In this document: piece by piece, positions 24,773 to 37,851 of the stretch
How positions within the stretch are numbered: position 1 is the first letter of the stretch
Layout: every line of letters begins with the position of its first letter
From: Zygnema circumcarinatum SAG 698-1b
Taxonomy: Eukaryota; Plantae; Zygnematophyceae
Direction: 5' to 3'
Assembly (NCBI GenBank): GCA_037447605.1
Contig: CM074821.1
Location: 682,001 to 746,000 of the forward strand
DNA length: 64,000 bases
The notes under the pieces: model-generated
Told to the model about the DNA's origin: nothing
What the model saw: only the letters and a program-made list of their open reading frames with translations
The model's database searches: none
Position numbers and translations under genes: made by a program

Positions 24773-26183
24773 TGGATTTTGGGTGGAACGGCCGAGAGCA
24801 CATCCGTAGATGTGATCTGCCATTCCTGATCTTCGTCATGAACATCCTCAGTGGCTGCCATGACATGCACCATGAACAAGGTGCAACCTTCCTTAACTGC
24901 TTTGGCCAATTGCATAGCTGAGCAGAGATAAGGAGTAGCAGGCTGCTTGATAGCAGCGGATGTGGCTCTGCCAGGGTGCAGGGTAAGCCGCCTGTCACCA
25001 CTGTGCAGAATGCAATGTGGGACAGAAAAGTCCATTTGTGCTTTGACCATGGTTAACCAAGCACTCCCCAAAATAACATCAGTACCAGGGGCCAGTTGTG
25101 TTAGAAGACACTTGACTGCCCCGGAGTAGGATTGGAGCTTGATCTTGAGTGTGACGCTACCAGAGATCTGGCCCTTGCGTCCATCCCCGAAAGTAACACT
25201 TTCTGAATGGGGATTTGTGGTCAATTGAAATCTCTGGGTGAATGCAGAGCTAACAAAGTTAGCATCTGCCCCAGTATCTAGCAGTAGAACTGCTGGGTGA
25301 CCATTGGCTGATCCGATGAAGGTCATGGCACGATGGGCAAGGTGGAACATAGATCGCACTATATGCGAAGATTGAGGACGAGTCGTCCTCCACACCAATG
25401 TGTAGGGTGAGCCAACCAGCAAGCTGGTGGATCCTTCCATCTCTTGCACCAACGTGTGCCCTTTCCTCAACTGTTTCACCAACCGCCAAGTGGCGTTGGG
25501 AAAGGTGCGAACTGCCATGTGCTGAGGACCCAGCACATGCAGCCCAAGGACATGGGAGGTGTTTCCCATGACATGCAAAGCATCGATGGCACATTGCACG
25601 AGAACATCATTGCCCATGACATTGAGGATAAAGACATGCCAATCACCATTCATCACTACATCCATAAACCCAGAAGGAGTCACTACAGTGGCAGGGGAAA
25701 GAGAAATGGAAGAAGGGAGTACAGCAAAAACAAAGAGATCTTGCACTCCCAAAGGCCTGTCCACCAAGTTAAGAATGTCCAGGGTTCTAAGAAACAAGAG
25801 TCTTTTATCCCTGATGGCAGCCCCATTCCCTCCCCCTAGCCTAGCATGTCCACCAGCAACGACCCCTAAGCTGCTGGTGGGTTGGGGTTTTCCGGCCCCT
25901 TGCCCTTCTTGTCCTTGGTGTTGAGAGGGCAATCCCGGGCCTTGTGCCCCTCCTTGCGGCAGCGGAAACACTTGTTCTCCCGCTGCATCTTCTCCATTTC
26001 CTCTGGAGTCAACTTCTGCGGCCGTGCAGTGGGTGGGCGGGCAGCCACTTCCGGCTGCTTCCGCTTGTTCTTTCCTGCCATCTTGGCAGGAGCTGAGGGT
26101 CCCGCCTTCCACGACCCTGTCACGTCGCCCGACCTCTGCTGGGGTCGGGAAGGGCCTGCATCGCCTGCAGGGGCGGTGTCCAA
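24773..26183 (-). mobile_element. Ty3/gypsy gag C-terminus (zinc knuckle) and aspartic protease fragment; gag and pol are in different frames
   Basis: CFRCRKEGHKARDCP ends at TAG 25866. The overlapping -1 frame encodes LLLDTGADANFVS...DVILGSAWL and then LCSAMQLAKAVKEG. Gaps cut both ends. Confidence 0.88.
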
Positions 26184-26427
26184 NNNNNNNNNNTCTCCCT
26201 CTTCCACTGCCTCTCCCTCTCCCTGTCCCATTGCCTCTCCCTCTCCCTTTCCCACTGCCTCTCCCTCTCCCTCTCCCTCTCCTTCTCCCTCTCCCACTGC
26301 CTCTCTCTCTCCCACTCCCACTGCCTCTCCCTCATCCTCTCTCCTCCTCTCTCTCATCGCACTTTCAAATAGTCATTATTCCCTTTGTCTTCTGGTTTTT
26401 TTTTACAGCATCAAGGCCGTCTCCACC

Positions 26428-26876
26428 ATGCCTCCACCGTCACATAAAGACCACATGCTCAGAATACTGATGGGCTTGATAGTCTACGCTTTTTGCAAGA
26501 AAGACAGGAACAACATGCAGTCTTCAAAGGAAGTAAGAGAGATACAATTTTTGTTTGGATTGTACAAGAATATTGAAGGTACACGGTATCTTCATGACCG
26601 TCTAAACTTGAAGAAGAGTTCTCAGTACTTACTTTACCATAGTTTATATATGGACGAAAGTAGCTTTCGGCAAACCTTTCGTACCAGTACAACTGCATTT
26701 GCACAACTTGTAAAATTAGTTGAAAAAGATAAAGTTTTTAAAAATGGTAGTAGGTGTCCTCAAACTGCTGTACATTATCAAGTAGCTATAGCATTATATA
26801 GATTAGGACATAACGGGAATGGGGCAAGTCACGGGGAGATAGCCCGATTGTTTGGGATTGGAGAAGGTGCATTTTT
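26428..26876 (+). mobile_element. PIF/Harbinger (HARBI1-like) transposase N-terminal HTH region, cut by a 100-N gap
   Basis: SFRQTFRTSTTAFAQLV..VFKNGSRCPQTAVHYQVAIALYRLGHNGNGAS..IARLFGIGEG matches the recalled Harbinger transposase N-terminal pattern. Confidence 0.8.
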
Positions 26877-28041
26877 NNNNNNNNNNNNNNNNNNNNNNNN
26901 NNNNNNNNNNNNNNNNNNNNNNNNNNNNNNNNNNNNNNNNNNNNNNNNNNNNNNNNNNNNNNNNNNNNNNNNNNNNGCTTGGAGGAGCGCTTAGCGGCCG
27001 GGCACGCTGAGCAAGAGAGGGACGCCGCTACGGCAAGCAAGACGCAGTGGAGTGAGGCAGTGAGGCTGAGGGTATGGCTGCTGAGGGGATGTCGCCTCTG
27101 TGTGGATCTTCATGGACTCCCGCTTTACTACTTCATTTCTCATGAGACCGAAAACCAATCGCTGGGGTGGTGATGCTCGTGACAGCTCACACACAAGTCC
27201 TCGGGGCCACCAGCCTCCCCGACTCTCAGACGCATTACCGCTGAAGTTGCCAAGACTTGCATTTGGTTCGGCACAGGTTCGGCAAAGTAATCATTATTAC
27301 CAATTTCTCTATCCCCGATTACCAATTACCAAGCTGTACGATTACCAAGTTTTGTTTAAGTCTGAGACCCCCTAATAGTTGTGAGGGGAGCGTGGTGTCA
27401 AGGTCTAAGGTTCGAACTCGGCACCTCCGCGTGAGGTTCCATGTTCCGTTCTAGTTCCCGTTCCCGTTCCCGTTTATCAGATAGACGGCCCAGATTAGAC
27501 AAGTTCGATTTAATCGACGGTCAAAAAACACCAAATCGAATTTAAACAGCGTTGAAATTAATGCATGGATAACCCGAGTACCGTTGCACGAGCTCGCTCC
27601 TATGGCAGGCGTACCAACCTTGACCTTTGACATTTCCCGAGATCTACTGTCAAATCAGTACTTTTCAATATCGAATTTACCAATTATTTCGCATGATAAC
27701 TGTACAGTACTAGCTTCGAAACCAAGTTTGAACGACGAGCCAATGGTTGGCACGCCGTAGTGTGAACGCCCTGGTCCCGAAGTGGCACGCCACTCGCCAC
27801 GTGTTCTCGCTCGCCGGAAACTGCCGACTGGCCGGCCAATTTCTGCCGACGTGGTGACCACGTGGCGCCAACGTGACTTCCACGTGGACTAAAGCCCATT
27901 TCAGTTCCAACTACCAGCCAGTCCTCGCATTCCGAAGCGCCAACTCATCATGTCATGTGACGTGGCGCTTTTTGGTTTCTGGCCCTCCTTTTAGGGCCCC
28001 ATGGGAGGGCTTCAAGTTTGGAAAAGGAGCTTTCCGTAGCC

Positions 28042-31000
28042 ATGGCTGCCGCCTCAGAGCTGCGGACAGCTGTCATGGCGGCAGCCATGGCTGCCTTGCT
28101 CCTCTGCGCGCACGCAAGAACCCTAAAATGCGTTGAGGACCTTCTTGGGAACGGCAGCCTCGACACAAGCTGCACAGTGAACGGAACCCTAAAGCTGGAG
28201 GATGCTTCGTCCCGGATTGAAGGGGCAGGAAGCCTGAATTTCCTCCCCTCTAGCTCCCTCGCATGCCCTGTTCCTAACTGTGAACTCGACATCCGAATGG
28301 GAGGAGTGCTGCAGATTAGGGCTGGAGCCTCTCTACTTGCAGGAGTCCTCTTTATTGAGGCTGAGGACGTGGTGCTTGAAGAAGGCGCAGTGATATCTGC
28401 AAAAGCGCTTTCAAAGGAGCAGCCCTCGCAGACAAGTGGCACTCCCACAGGGCTCGACGGTGCAGGCGGAGGCTATGGCGGGAGAGGAGCTTCTTGTGCT
28501 GCGCTGGCCGGAGGCGATCCTTCTGACACGTGGGGGGGCGACTCGTACGGATGGAGCTCTCTAGGAGAGCCATGGAAGTTCGGAAGTCCGGGAGGCCCTT
28601 TGGGGGCAGATGGAATGGGAGGGCTTGGAGGAGGCCTGGTCAATGTGACAGCTCGCGGAGTACTTAGGCTGCAGGGGACGATAGGGGCAGATGGGGGGGC
28701 AGGGGGGCTTGCAGGAGGAGGCGGATCCGGAGGGAGTGTTGTGGTGAATGCGCTTAAGATGTGAGTTTGAGAAAGCGAAAGTGGGAGGGAGTCTCCTGGG
28801 GGGGGGGAAAGAGGGACGGAGGGAGAAAGAGAGGGAGACAGAGGGAGGGACGGAGGGAAGGAGAGAGAAGGAGGGAGATATTTCTGTCTTGTTGACAACT
28901 TTTCATGTCAACTTTGCATTAGGAGTGCGGATGTTGGAAAGTTTTGCTGACCATCATGAGGATTATCAGCTTTCTTCCCCCTATTTCTCCCGCCCAAACC
29001 ATCCCCTTCTACTTGACCTATTCCAATGCACTTGACGGTATTGATTCAATCACAGATGTTTCCTCCTCTCCCTAACCTAGCTGTTTGATCTATTTTGCAG
29101 AGAAACGCTGAACAATTCCAAAGGAATGATTTCTGCTGTGGGGGGTAATGGACATGGAGGCGGAGGAGGGGGGCGCATTGCGGTAAATTATGAGGTTGCT
29201 GATGGCCCTATACGCACGAGTACCATTGGTCAGTGTCCTTTTCATGCTTGGATCCGCGCGGCTTAATCAGTCGTGCTTTCTTTCCTGTACAACTCTTAGG
29301 TCGATGCATTATTCATTTCATTATATTTTCTTGACGCTCATTTTGCTAATAATATTATACTGAACATGCCATTTGGAGGCATAGTCCAGCCATTGAATTG
29401 CGTGTTATGTAGCTTTTACTTTGGGCGTGTCTTTCGACAGTTCGTGTCGTTGCCACTCTGCAGAATAGATTAGCTGAGTGGCTCATCAATCGTTTCCAGA
29501 AATACTAAAAGTGTATTTTGGATTGGGAAATTTATGCATCCCAGGTGGTGCAAGCATTGGATGTGTGGAGAATGCAGGTGCTGCCGGCACTGTTTATGAT
29601 GGAAATCTACGGCAGCTCACTATCAATAATGGTAACCAGACAAGCGTAACCGCGACTCAAGTATTTGAAACCCCATATTACCCGGTGTGGAACTACTTTG
29701 TCATGGAGGGAAGATCAAGGGGAGTTTCGCCTATTCAAAATTTGCGACTTAAGGTAAAGCCCTTGAGAAACTCAGCTGGAGACCATTTGGAAGGTGAAAG
29801 ACTTTCTTGCAGTGCCCCTTAGCATTTCTGAGAGGACTGGTGATGATTTGGAAACATCCGGTAGGCCACCTGTCATATAGATCCTACGGCCTGTGTTTTC
29901 TCCCCTGCAGAAGTACACAAAACACACAAATTGATCCAAATCAGGTTTCTCATTTCTGAGTCCCTGAAAATACTCTTCTTTGCAGCTCGCCCGGGCTCAT
30001 ACAGTTGATAACTCTGCTAGAAATAATCTGAGATTGCTACTAGGTTGACAACTTCTTTCGACCCACATTGATTTGCACTTGATTTTCACTAAAGACTGTC
30101 AACAACTTTGACGGAGCAAAGTGAGGATAGGTTCACGCTCATGTAGCTGTCCTTTCTGAATATTGGGGTGATAATTGAAATTAGTAATACATTCTTACGA
30201 TGGCGTGTGAAAGGTTCATGTTGCGCACTTCCTGCGAGAAGGTTCTGTATTCGTATATGGAACACGCAGCTTGGGGCTGGGAGATATTGTACTTGAAACC
30301 AACACCAACGACGGATGGCTTGAGCTGCAAGATTCGCGCATTATTGTGAGCTCAGACCACACATTGCCAACGCGTGCTAGGAATGCAATTTCTCGCTTGC
30401 TTTGATTTCTCGAAGAGCGAGCTAACTTGTCTCCTCCCTCTCTCATCAGCCCTTTTTTCCTCTCTCCCCTTTATTTTCTTATCTTCCCGCCCCTCCCTCC
30501 CTCCCTCCCTCTCTCTCTCCCTTGGAAAATGTCTGATTCTGCTACTGAGAGGTTTCTTAAAACTGAGGAAGTTTTGGGCCATTGTTCTTTCAAACACGTC
30601 TCGTTAGTTTACAATGCCGTCATGGAGATGACCTTTGCATAGCATCCCTTGCTTGGTGGCAGGTCTATGGCCGCCTGCAAATGTTGGTGCCCTTTGTTCG
30701 TTTAGTTCGCTCAAGCATAGAGATATTCCATTGGCATCCCGAGGAGGGGCTGCAACAAGGGGGAGGGGAGATCAACTCGAATCATTTGGAACTGACTGTA
30801 CGTTACTTTTATCACGTATACTTAATCGTTTGTCCATTACTTTCTTGTTTTTGTGTTTAGTGAATTCTCCTGCTGAAGGTACTCTCTCGCAGGAGGGCTC
30901 CAACATGACGCACACGGGACTGCTGAAGCTGACCAATCAGAACAAGCTGACTGTGGGGCCGGGCAGCCTTATGGGGGCCGACAAACTCATGCTTCAAAAT

Positions 31001-34000
31001 GTGCTCCGTGTAAACGTAAATTCTTCCGTCTCCATGACGCACCATAGTTTCCGTTACAGTATTTCTTTAAACAACGTTCATAATCCTTTAATTTTGTGAT
31101 GGAGGTTAAACATAATGCCAGCTTCTAATGCTCATGCCTTTTGAGTTATTGGACTCCTGCAGGTGGAGAAAGGAGGAAGTGTATTGGCCCCAATCCGTGT
31201 TCCATACACCAGACAAATGTGAGCGCTGCCTTTGGTTGTGTGGAGTAGAGAGTAAGTGAATGTATCTTGTCATAGTATGTCGATATGAAGGAAGTGCAAG
31301 CTGACACTTACAAGTGATCAATGAAATGGTTCATATGGAAGGATGTCTAAGAATGTTAGTACAGAGTTATACTTACCGCTTTTGTGCGTTTTTTCTAATT
31401 AGAATTAATCAATTGCTGCTTTGTTCTATCGCAGGAAGAGTCAGCTGTACTGCGGCAAGACAATGTGCCCTGCATCGATTATTCCGAGCTCGGAAGACTG
31501 CAACGATAATTCGCCATTCTCCCTGCATGTGGGCATGCCTCAAACTTAAAGCACTCTCTTTCTCTCTCCCTCTCTATTACCGTTAGAAGATGTGAGATTG
31601 TCCCGTAAATACAAAACTGCTGCTGCGCATGAGTGAACATTTTCTTTCCTCTTCGAACCCTTCCGTGTCAAGGAAGAGACGTCACAGCCTATTTTCCTCA
31701 TACAACTGTCTCGCATTCGGTAAAGGCAAGGCAGCCCTACTAGACCATGCTATAACCCTCCTAATTCATAGTGTTCGCAATGCACAAGTAGCCATACGTC
31801 CACGTCTTCCCCCCTCCCCCCCCCCTCTCCCTCCCCCCTTTCAAGACTAAGTCCTCTACTTCCATGCCTCGTGGCTGCCTGTCTGAAGGTGCCATCTGCA
31901 GATATGCAGAGCAGAGGAAGTGGTGATCGCTGGGCGAGTCTCGGGCAGCATTGTGCACGTCAACGTTAGGGGCACACTTCGGGTCGCAGAGGGGGGAATT
32001 TTGTCAGCTTCGGGCCTTGGTATCCCTCTCTTAACCCTACTAAAAAAACCCTCATTCTAGACGTTTATAAAGCTGGCATAAATATTCTGTGTCTAATGTA
32101 AATTTCAGGACGTTTGTGTTCTATACTGAGGTATGCAACGAGGGGATGTTGGTCAGGATGTGAGGGAGGAGAAGGAGAAGGGGCAGGAGGAAACGCATTG
32201 ATGATTTTTGGAGCTTCAGGGGGAGGGGGTCATGGAGGCGAAGGAGGGGTGGGAAGCTTCAATGGGACGGTGACACGTGGCGGGAGAGCTTTTGGGGATG
32301 CGAGTCTCCCTTGTGAGCTGGGTAGTGGAGGAGGGCTCATCACTGATGCGAGTGGCCAACAGTTGGGAGCAAATGGAGGAGGAGTGCTTGGTAAGTGCCC
32401 CAAAAAAAACATCAAACAAACAAGCAAAACAAATCAATCAAACATCTGCAGTCCCGAAAACCCTACAAGTGGGTTTTTGAATGATTTGTTTGTCTGTTTG
32501 TGTAGTTATTGGCTCCAAGGAACAGCCAATCAAAGCTGTAGAACTGGAAGGAGTGATATCGGCAGATGGTGGCGATGCATCTACAGCTGATAGCGGCATT
32601 TCACTATGGACCGGAGTCAATCAAAGGGGCCGTTGGGAGAGAAGCTACGGTTTGGGAATTGGACCTTTCTCTGTCGGTGAGAGAGGGGGAATGGGAGGAG
32701 GTGCGGGGGGAAGCATTTTGATATATATGGAGTCATTATCGATGTCAAATGGGTCCGGAATCTCGAGTGTGGGAGGACAGGGCAGTCGTACGGGAGGGGG
32801 GGGCGGAGGGGGAGGGAGAGTGCATTTTGGATGGTCGAATGTAGCGGAGGGAGATAAGTATGTAGCTCGAGCAAATATCTCTGGAGATCTCGACTTCATA
32901 CTCTCGATTAGGTGAGAAATTCAACTTTGATGACGGTTGCTTTATGCAAGTGGATTGTTGTGTCGACAAGTTTGGAAGGAAAATATGTCTATTCCAGTGC
33001 ATGATGAGCACTTAGGGTTGGGATTTCAGAGGGGGTAAGAGCATTGGAGGTGGCACGGATGGATACGTGGGAAGCATCACTACCATCCCATGCCCGCCCG
33101 GACTGCATGGACTCTTGTGTGAGGTGAACCACACACTTGCTTGTTAAGTATGGGAGATAGTGACTTAGGGGAAGAGGGTTGCTGCCCATAGCATAGGCTT
33201 ATCGTTTATGTGTATGTTTCAAAATGCAGCTGAGCTTCTTTGGGGAAAGTGAGGAGAGTGGACCTGATGGATTTTAGTTTTTGTTTTTGTCTTGTCCTTC
33301 TGATTAGGAATGTCCTCTGGGTACTTATAAGGACCAATTCGGCTCGGAATCCTCACTGTGCAAGCAATGTCCACAGGCTGAATTGCCGTATCGTGCAAAG
33401 TACATAAGAAAAAGAGGTGAAACTTTCAATTCCTGACTCCTAAGCCACTTAAACTTCCTTTTGCCCCCGAGTCTCGTGTCTAGTGTGTGATTTGTTACTT
33501 TGGGCAACTATTTTTACCGCTAGTGAAACCATCGTCTATTGACATTGCTGGGTCATATCATTTGTTGATGTTGCTACATTTATACAAACATTCCATACAA
33601 AAATACAAATACAAATACAGATAATATACAAATATTGCTGCATAAAAACTGTTGGCAGGTGGAGTCCCAAAGACTCCTTGTCCATACGAATGCGTTTCGG
33701 CGAAGTACAACTTGCCAGACTGCAACACTCCCATAGAGGATTTGATCCAACGCTTAGGGGGAGCATGGATATTCACGGGGGGAAGTCTGCTCGTGCTCGT
33801 CCTGCTCGCACTCTCCATCAGTGCGGCGAGGGTGAAACTCATCGGAAACGAAGATCTGAGTGGCCCTCCTGCACGGGCTTCAGATGCGAACACTCAAGTG
33901 GATCATTCATTTCCCTTCCTTGAGTCACTTAATGAGGTGAGGAGAGGAAATTTCGAATCCGTTTTACATGTCGGAAGTCCGTTTATTGTAAGTTCGAACT

Positions 34001-36967
34001 GTTCTTTGCGAACATAGCGTTGAGGAGAAGGTTTGGTTAGTCGCATGAGAGAGAGGTAATGGCTGCCGGGGAATGCAGGTGATGGAGAGCACGCGAGTGG
34101 AGGAAAGTGCAGGTCACGTGCACAGAGTGTACTTTCAAGGGAAAAATTCATTTTCTGATCCTTTTCATCTACCGCACACTCCTCCTGATGCTATTTCGGA
34201 GCTTGTGTAAGGCTGAACAGTCTCCAGTCTTGCACCCCTCCGGTTGCGCAGCTAGTTATAGTTGCTATCGGTGCGCACGTGTGTGAGAGGGAGAGGAGGA
34301 GAGAGCGGGAGAGAGAGGGAGAGGGAGAGGGAGAGGGAGAGGGAGAGGGAGAAGGAGAGGGAGAGGGAGAGGGAGTGGGAGAGGGNNNNNNNNNNAGGGA
34401 GAGGGAGAGGGAGAGGGAGAGGGAGAGAGAGAGGGAGAGGGAGAGGGAGAGGGAGAGGGAGAGGGAGAGGCAGAGGCAGAGAGAGAGGGAGAGGCAGAGG
34501 GAGAGGGAACGTCAAGATTAATTCGTTTAGTGTCTCTGTTGCATCAGGTATGAAGATGCGTATAACCGATTCGTGGAGGAGATGAACAGCTTGGCGGGTT
34601 ACCAATGGTGGGAGGCTTGTGTGTACTCCGTGGTTGCTGCGGCTGCCTACCCCTTCGCATGGAGTTGGCAACAGTGGCGACGTCGCTGCAAAGTGCAACG
34701 ACTTCGTGAGTTTGTGCATTCCGAGTACGACCACTCCTGCCTGCGATCATGCCGGTCTCGCGCCCTCTATGAAGGACTCAAGGTGAGAATTCAGAAATGG
34801 GGATATGATTGGGATATGATTGGGATATGATTGGGATGACCCATGTTCCATGTTGATCCATGGGACGGAAACTGAAGCAGATACGTATCTGCAACAGGTG
34901 GCAGCTACGCCGGATCTCCTCCTTGGCTACATTGATGTTTTCTTAGGGGGTGACGAAAAGCGACCAGATCTTCCACCTCCTTTAGTAGAGCGGCTTCCAA
35001 TGGCTGTTCTCTTTGGGGGAGATGGCTCCTATATGGCACCGTACAACCTCCATTCCGATAATCTACTGACAAGTCTTGTTGGACAGGTATATTATCCTCT
35101 CTACAGCTTCCAATATACATGAAACTTCACACATGTTTGTTGTTGATCTCTCTTCTTCCACGTATCCTTACACCACCTTGTACAAGCTATACATTCTTAC
35201 AGCCACTTACATCATGAAGTTTGCGCTCATTTCTGCTTCTGCTTATTCGGACATGTTGCAGTGTATCCCTCCCACTGTATGGTATCGAATGGTAGCTGGT
35301 CTTAATGCACAGCTGCGAACAGTTCGACGGGGTGCTTTGAGGTCCCGTCTCAGTCCCGTTCTGTCATGGATTACCACCCATGCAAATCCATGGCTCTCTA
35401 TGAATGGGCTCCATGTTGAGCTCGCCCACTTCCCAGCCTCCACCTCCTCTGGGTATTACCAGCTTGGACTGCTCCTTATGGCTCCTACCTCAGAGACCAC
35501 TCTCTCTCTTCCATCTCTCCCAAAGGGGCAGCTTGACGGAGTAGGGATTCCTCGCTCGCAGCAGCAGCTCCCTCAGTCGAGGTAATACTTTACAGGGGAG
35601 CATAATTGCACTTTTTTTTAGACGCTGCTTTTGCTTTTGCTGATTTTTTCTCTCTTGATTGTGCTTCTTTCGTCCCGTTGTGTCAGATTAAAGAGGGCAA
35701 GTAATGAAAGTTCGTTTTAACCTGCTCACAATCCTTTGTGTTGGCTTAATAGCAGGGTCCCCTTTATTCCAGCCTCCCCTTCTCGGTACGACTCCTTTGG
35801 TGGTATCTCACAGCAGCGACCCTCCACTCACTTCACTTCTCACCCCCATCTCCCACAGTCTCCCCGCCTTCATGCAGGCAACCCCCCCCACCAGCCAACC
35901 ATTGGCTCAGCCTCTCTCCCACACTGGCATAGCTCTCCCTCCCTCATAAGAACGACAACTTCTCCTGATGAAACAGATCATCCTCTGCAGCCATTGAGCA
36001 GCCGGAGGAGACCCCCATGGACTGTTATCACAGAGTCCAACTTGAGGGTGTTGGAAGAAGGCAGAGATATTTGGCTCCCATTTACCCTCGTCATGCACAA
36101 TACCCGACCCATCGGCCATGATGTGGGTGCATGAATGACCTCACTACTACCTGCTATTTTGTGCTGTGATTTGAACCCATGGACCGGATTCTGACCCCAG
36201 TTTTTTGTTCTGCATGCAGGCGGTGGTGGGGTTGGCCATGTCGATGTTGCTGTTGGCAGACATGTCTCTCAGCTTCCTCACTCTGCTTCAGATTTACAGC
36301 ATTTCAGTCACAGGGTTCTGGGTGGTCCTCCTCATTCTCCCCCTTACTCCCCTCTTTTCAGCAGCTGCGGGGTTGAATGCGCTGTTTTCACATGGACCTC
36401 GGCGAGCAGCAGGATTGGGTCGAATATACGGTCTCTGGAATATCACATCCATTTCAAATGCGGTAAGTAGTCACTTTTTTTACTTGGGGTTTTGGATACT
36501 CATGAAAGTGTTATGGTCACAAATCAAAAAACTCCGACTGGTTGAAAATTAGAGAGCAAGGTCGGCCGGTCTTGAGGAGTGGTTTTAGTGAAATAGTAAG
36601 GACCTTACTTACTTAGACCATTAGGGGGGGGTGGGGGGCCTGGGGGGGGAACTTAGAAAAGTTTCATACGTTTGAAATTCGAAGTCCGTAGTAGTGCATT
36701 ATAAACAAATTTGTATAGCAATATGCGAAGTCTGAACCCTCCCCATTGGTCCGGGTGTGGAAGCAGCTGGTTGCCCTGTTTTGGGGATTTCTTCCTCTTA
36801 GAGGGGGGACGACGGAAATTGAGCCGGTAACGCGGTGGATTTTTCCTTCCCTCCTATTGGCTGCTAAGGTGGTCCAAGCACGAGTCATAGATCGCCACGT
36901 GGCAAATCTTGACATTCAAGACAGGACACTCTATGCAGACACTCCCAACAAGTTTTGGGCCTCCTGA
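28042..36967 (+). CDS. Large Gly-rich multi-pass membrane protein, At5g11700/At4g32920 family, about 20 exons (first 28042-28760, last about 36769-36967)
   Basis: Signal-like N-terminus; CVEDLLGNGSLDTSC; GGGYGGRGASC; CPYECVSAKY..P.C.TPIEDL; DHSFPFLESLNEV; YQWWE..AYPFAWSWQQWRRR; EYDHSCLRSCRSRALYEGLK; FLGGDEKRPDLPP; FGGDGSYMAP; HVANLDIQDRTLY..FW* C-terminus. Confidence 0.9.
36623..36744. mobile_element. Degenerate ~120-bp MITE-like remnant in the last intron of the At5g11700-like gene
   Basis: G-run start, GGGGGAACTTAGAAAAGTT and terminal AAGTCTGAACCCTCCCC resemble the motifs at about 3485 and the Harbinger TIR. The TSD is not cleanly matched. Confidence 0.35.
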
Positions 36968-37851
36968 GGTGACTTTCTCTCTTCCCCCCTCTGCACTGAT
37001 TTAGGGTGGAGGGGATGGAAGAACCATTCTTTTTGTTTTTCTCCTCAACTCGAGGGAAGAGCCGCTACCCGTGGCTATGTGCTTTGATAACGCCGCCGTT
37101 CTTGCACTCATAGTGTTCATTGTACAACGGAACGGAACGGCATAGATAGGGGTGGAGAGGTTCTGCTGTATAGACCGGAAGCTGAGTGAGGGTGTTTGTA
37201 GTTCGGAAATTAGGGATAGGCTTGCAGCGCTACATATATGTGGGGTTAGTGAGGGAGTGGAGTAGGGTAGGAGGGACCTTAGGAATATCTGTCGCGATGC
37301 TGGCGAAGTCATCGATATGAAATTGGCCCTGATTTGTCGATATTTGCTATCAGGGGTGAGAGGGTAAGAGAGGGCGTGAGAGTGACATTTTGCACTTCAG
37401 CAAGGACCATGTACAGCTTCTAAACTCAAATTTTTTGTAGGAATGAACATAGGTAGACAAATTGCATGCATACAGTTTTTCTTTCCATTGTCACAGATTT
37501 ACAGGTTTCTGTTACAATTTACAAAGTGCTTGTCTAGCACAATTACTTCATGACGTCACCAAAGCATGAAGGCTGGCTGCAAATCGCGTAAAAATTCGCT
37601 GCCTCCTCGCTCTCTCGTCTACATCACTTCTATGTTCCTCCGTTACAGTTACAGTTCTTCCAAGCACGAGACGTACCCGTGCCTCTGTTCTGAAATCAAC
37701 CAAAGTAAAGCCTGAAGGCAACGCTCAAAGACCCACTTTGATCGCAACCCTTCCTCATATTTTATTTTATCTTATTTTCCTTTATTCCTATTTCTCCCCT
37801 TTTGAATGCCTCTCTCTCTCTCTCTCTCTCCCTCTCCCTCTCTCCCTCCCT

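Larger units (their letters stand above)
23488..27373. mobile_element. TIR-bounded PIF/Harbinger-type DNA transposon unit holding retroelement fragments
   Basis: 19-bp perfect TIR: AGGGGGTCTCAGACTTAAA (23488-23506) and TTTAAGTCTGAGACCCCCT (27355-27373), flanked by AAT on both sides (or read as TA|G..C|TA). A Harbinger-type transposase fragment lies inside. All internal junctions are N gaps. Confidence 0.75.

Noticed and set aside
27390-27425. GGTTCGAACTC B-box-like motif (tRNA or SINE?)
   Set aside because: No properly spaced A-box and no cloverleaf could be folded.
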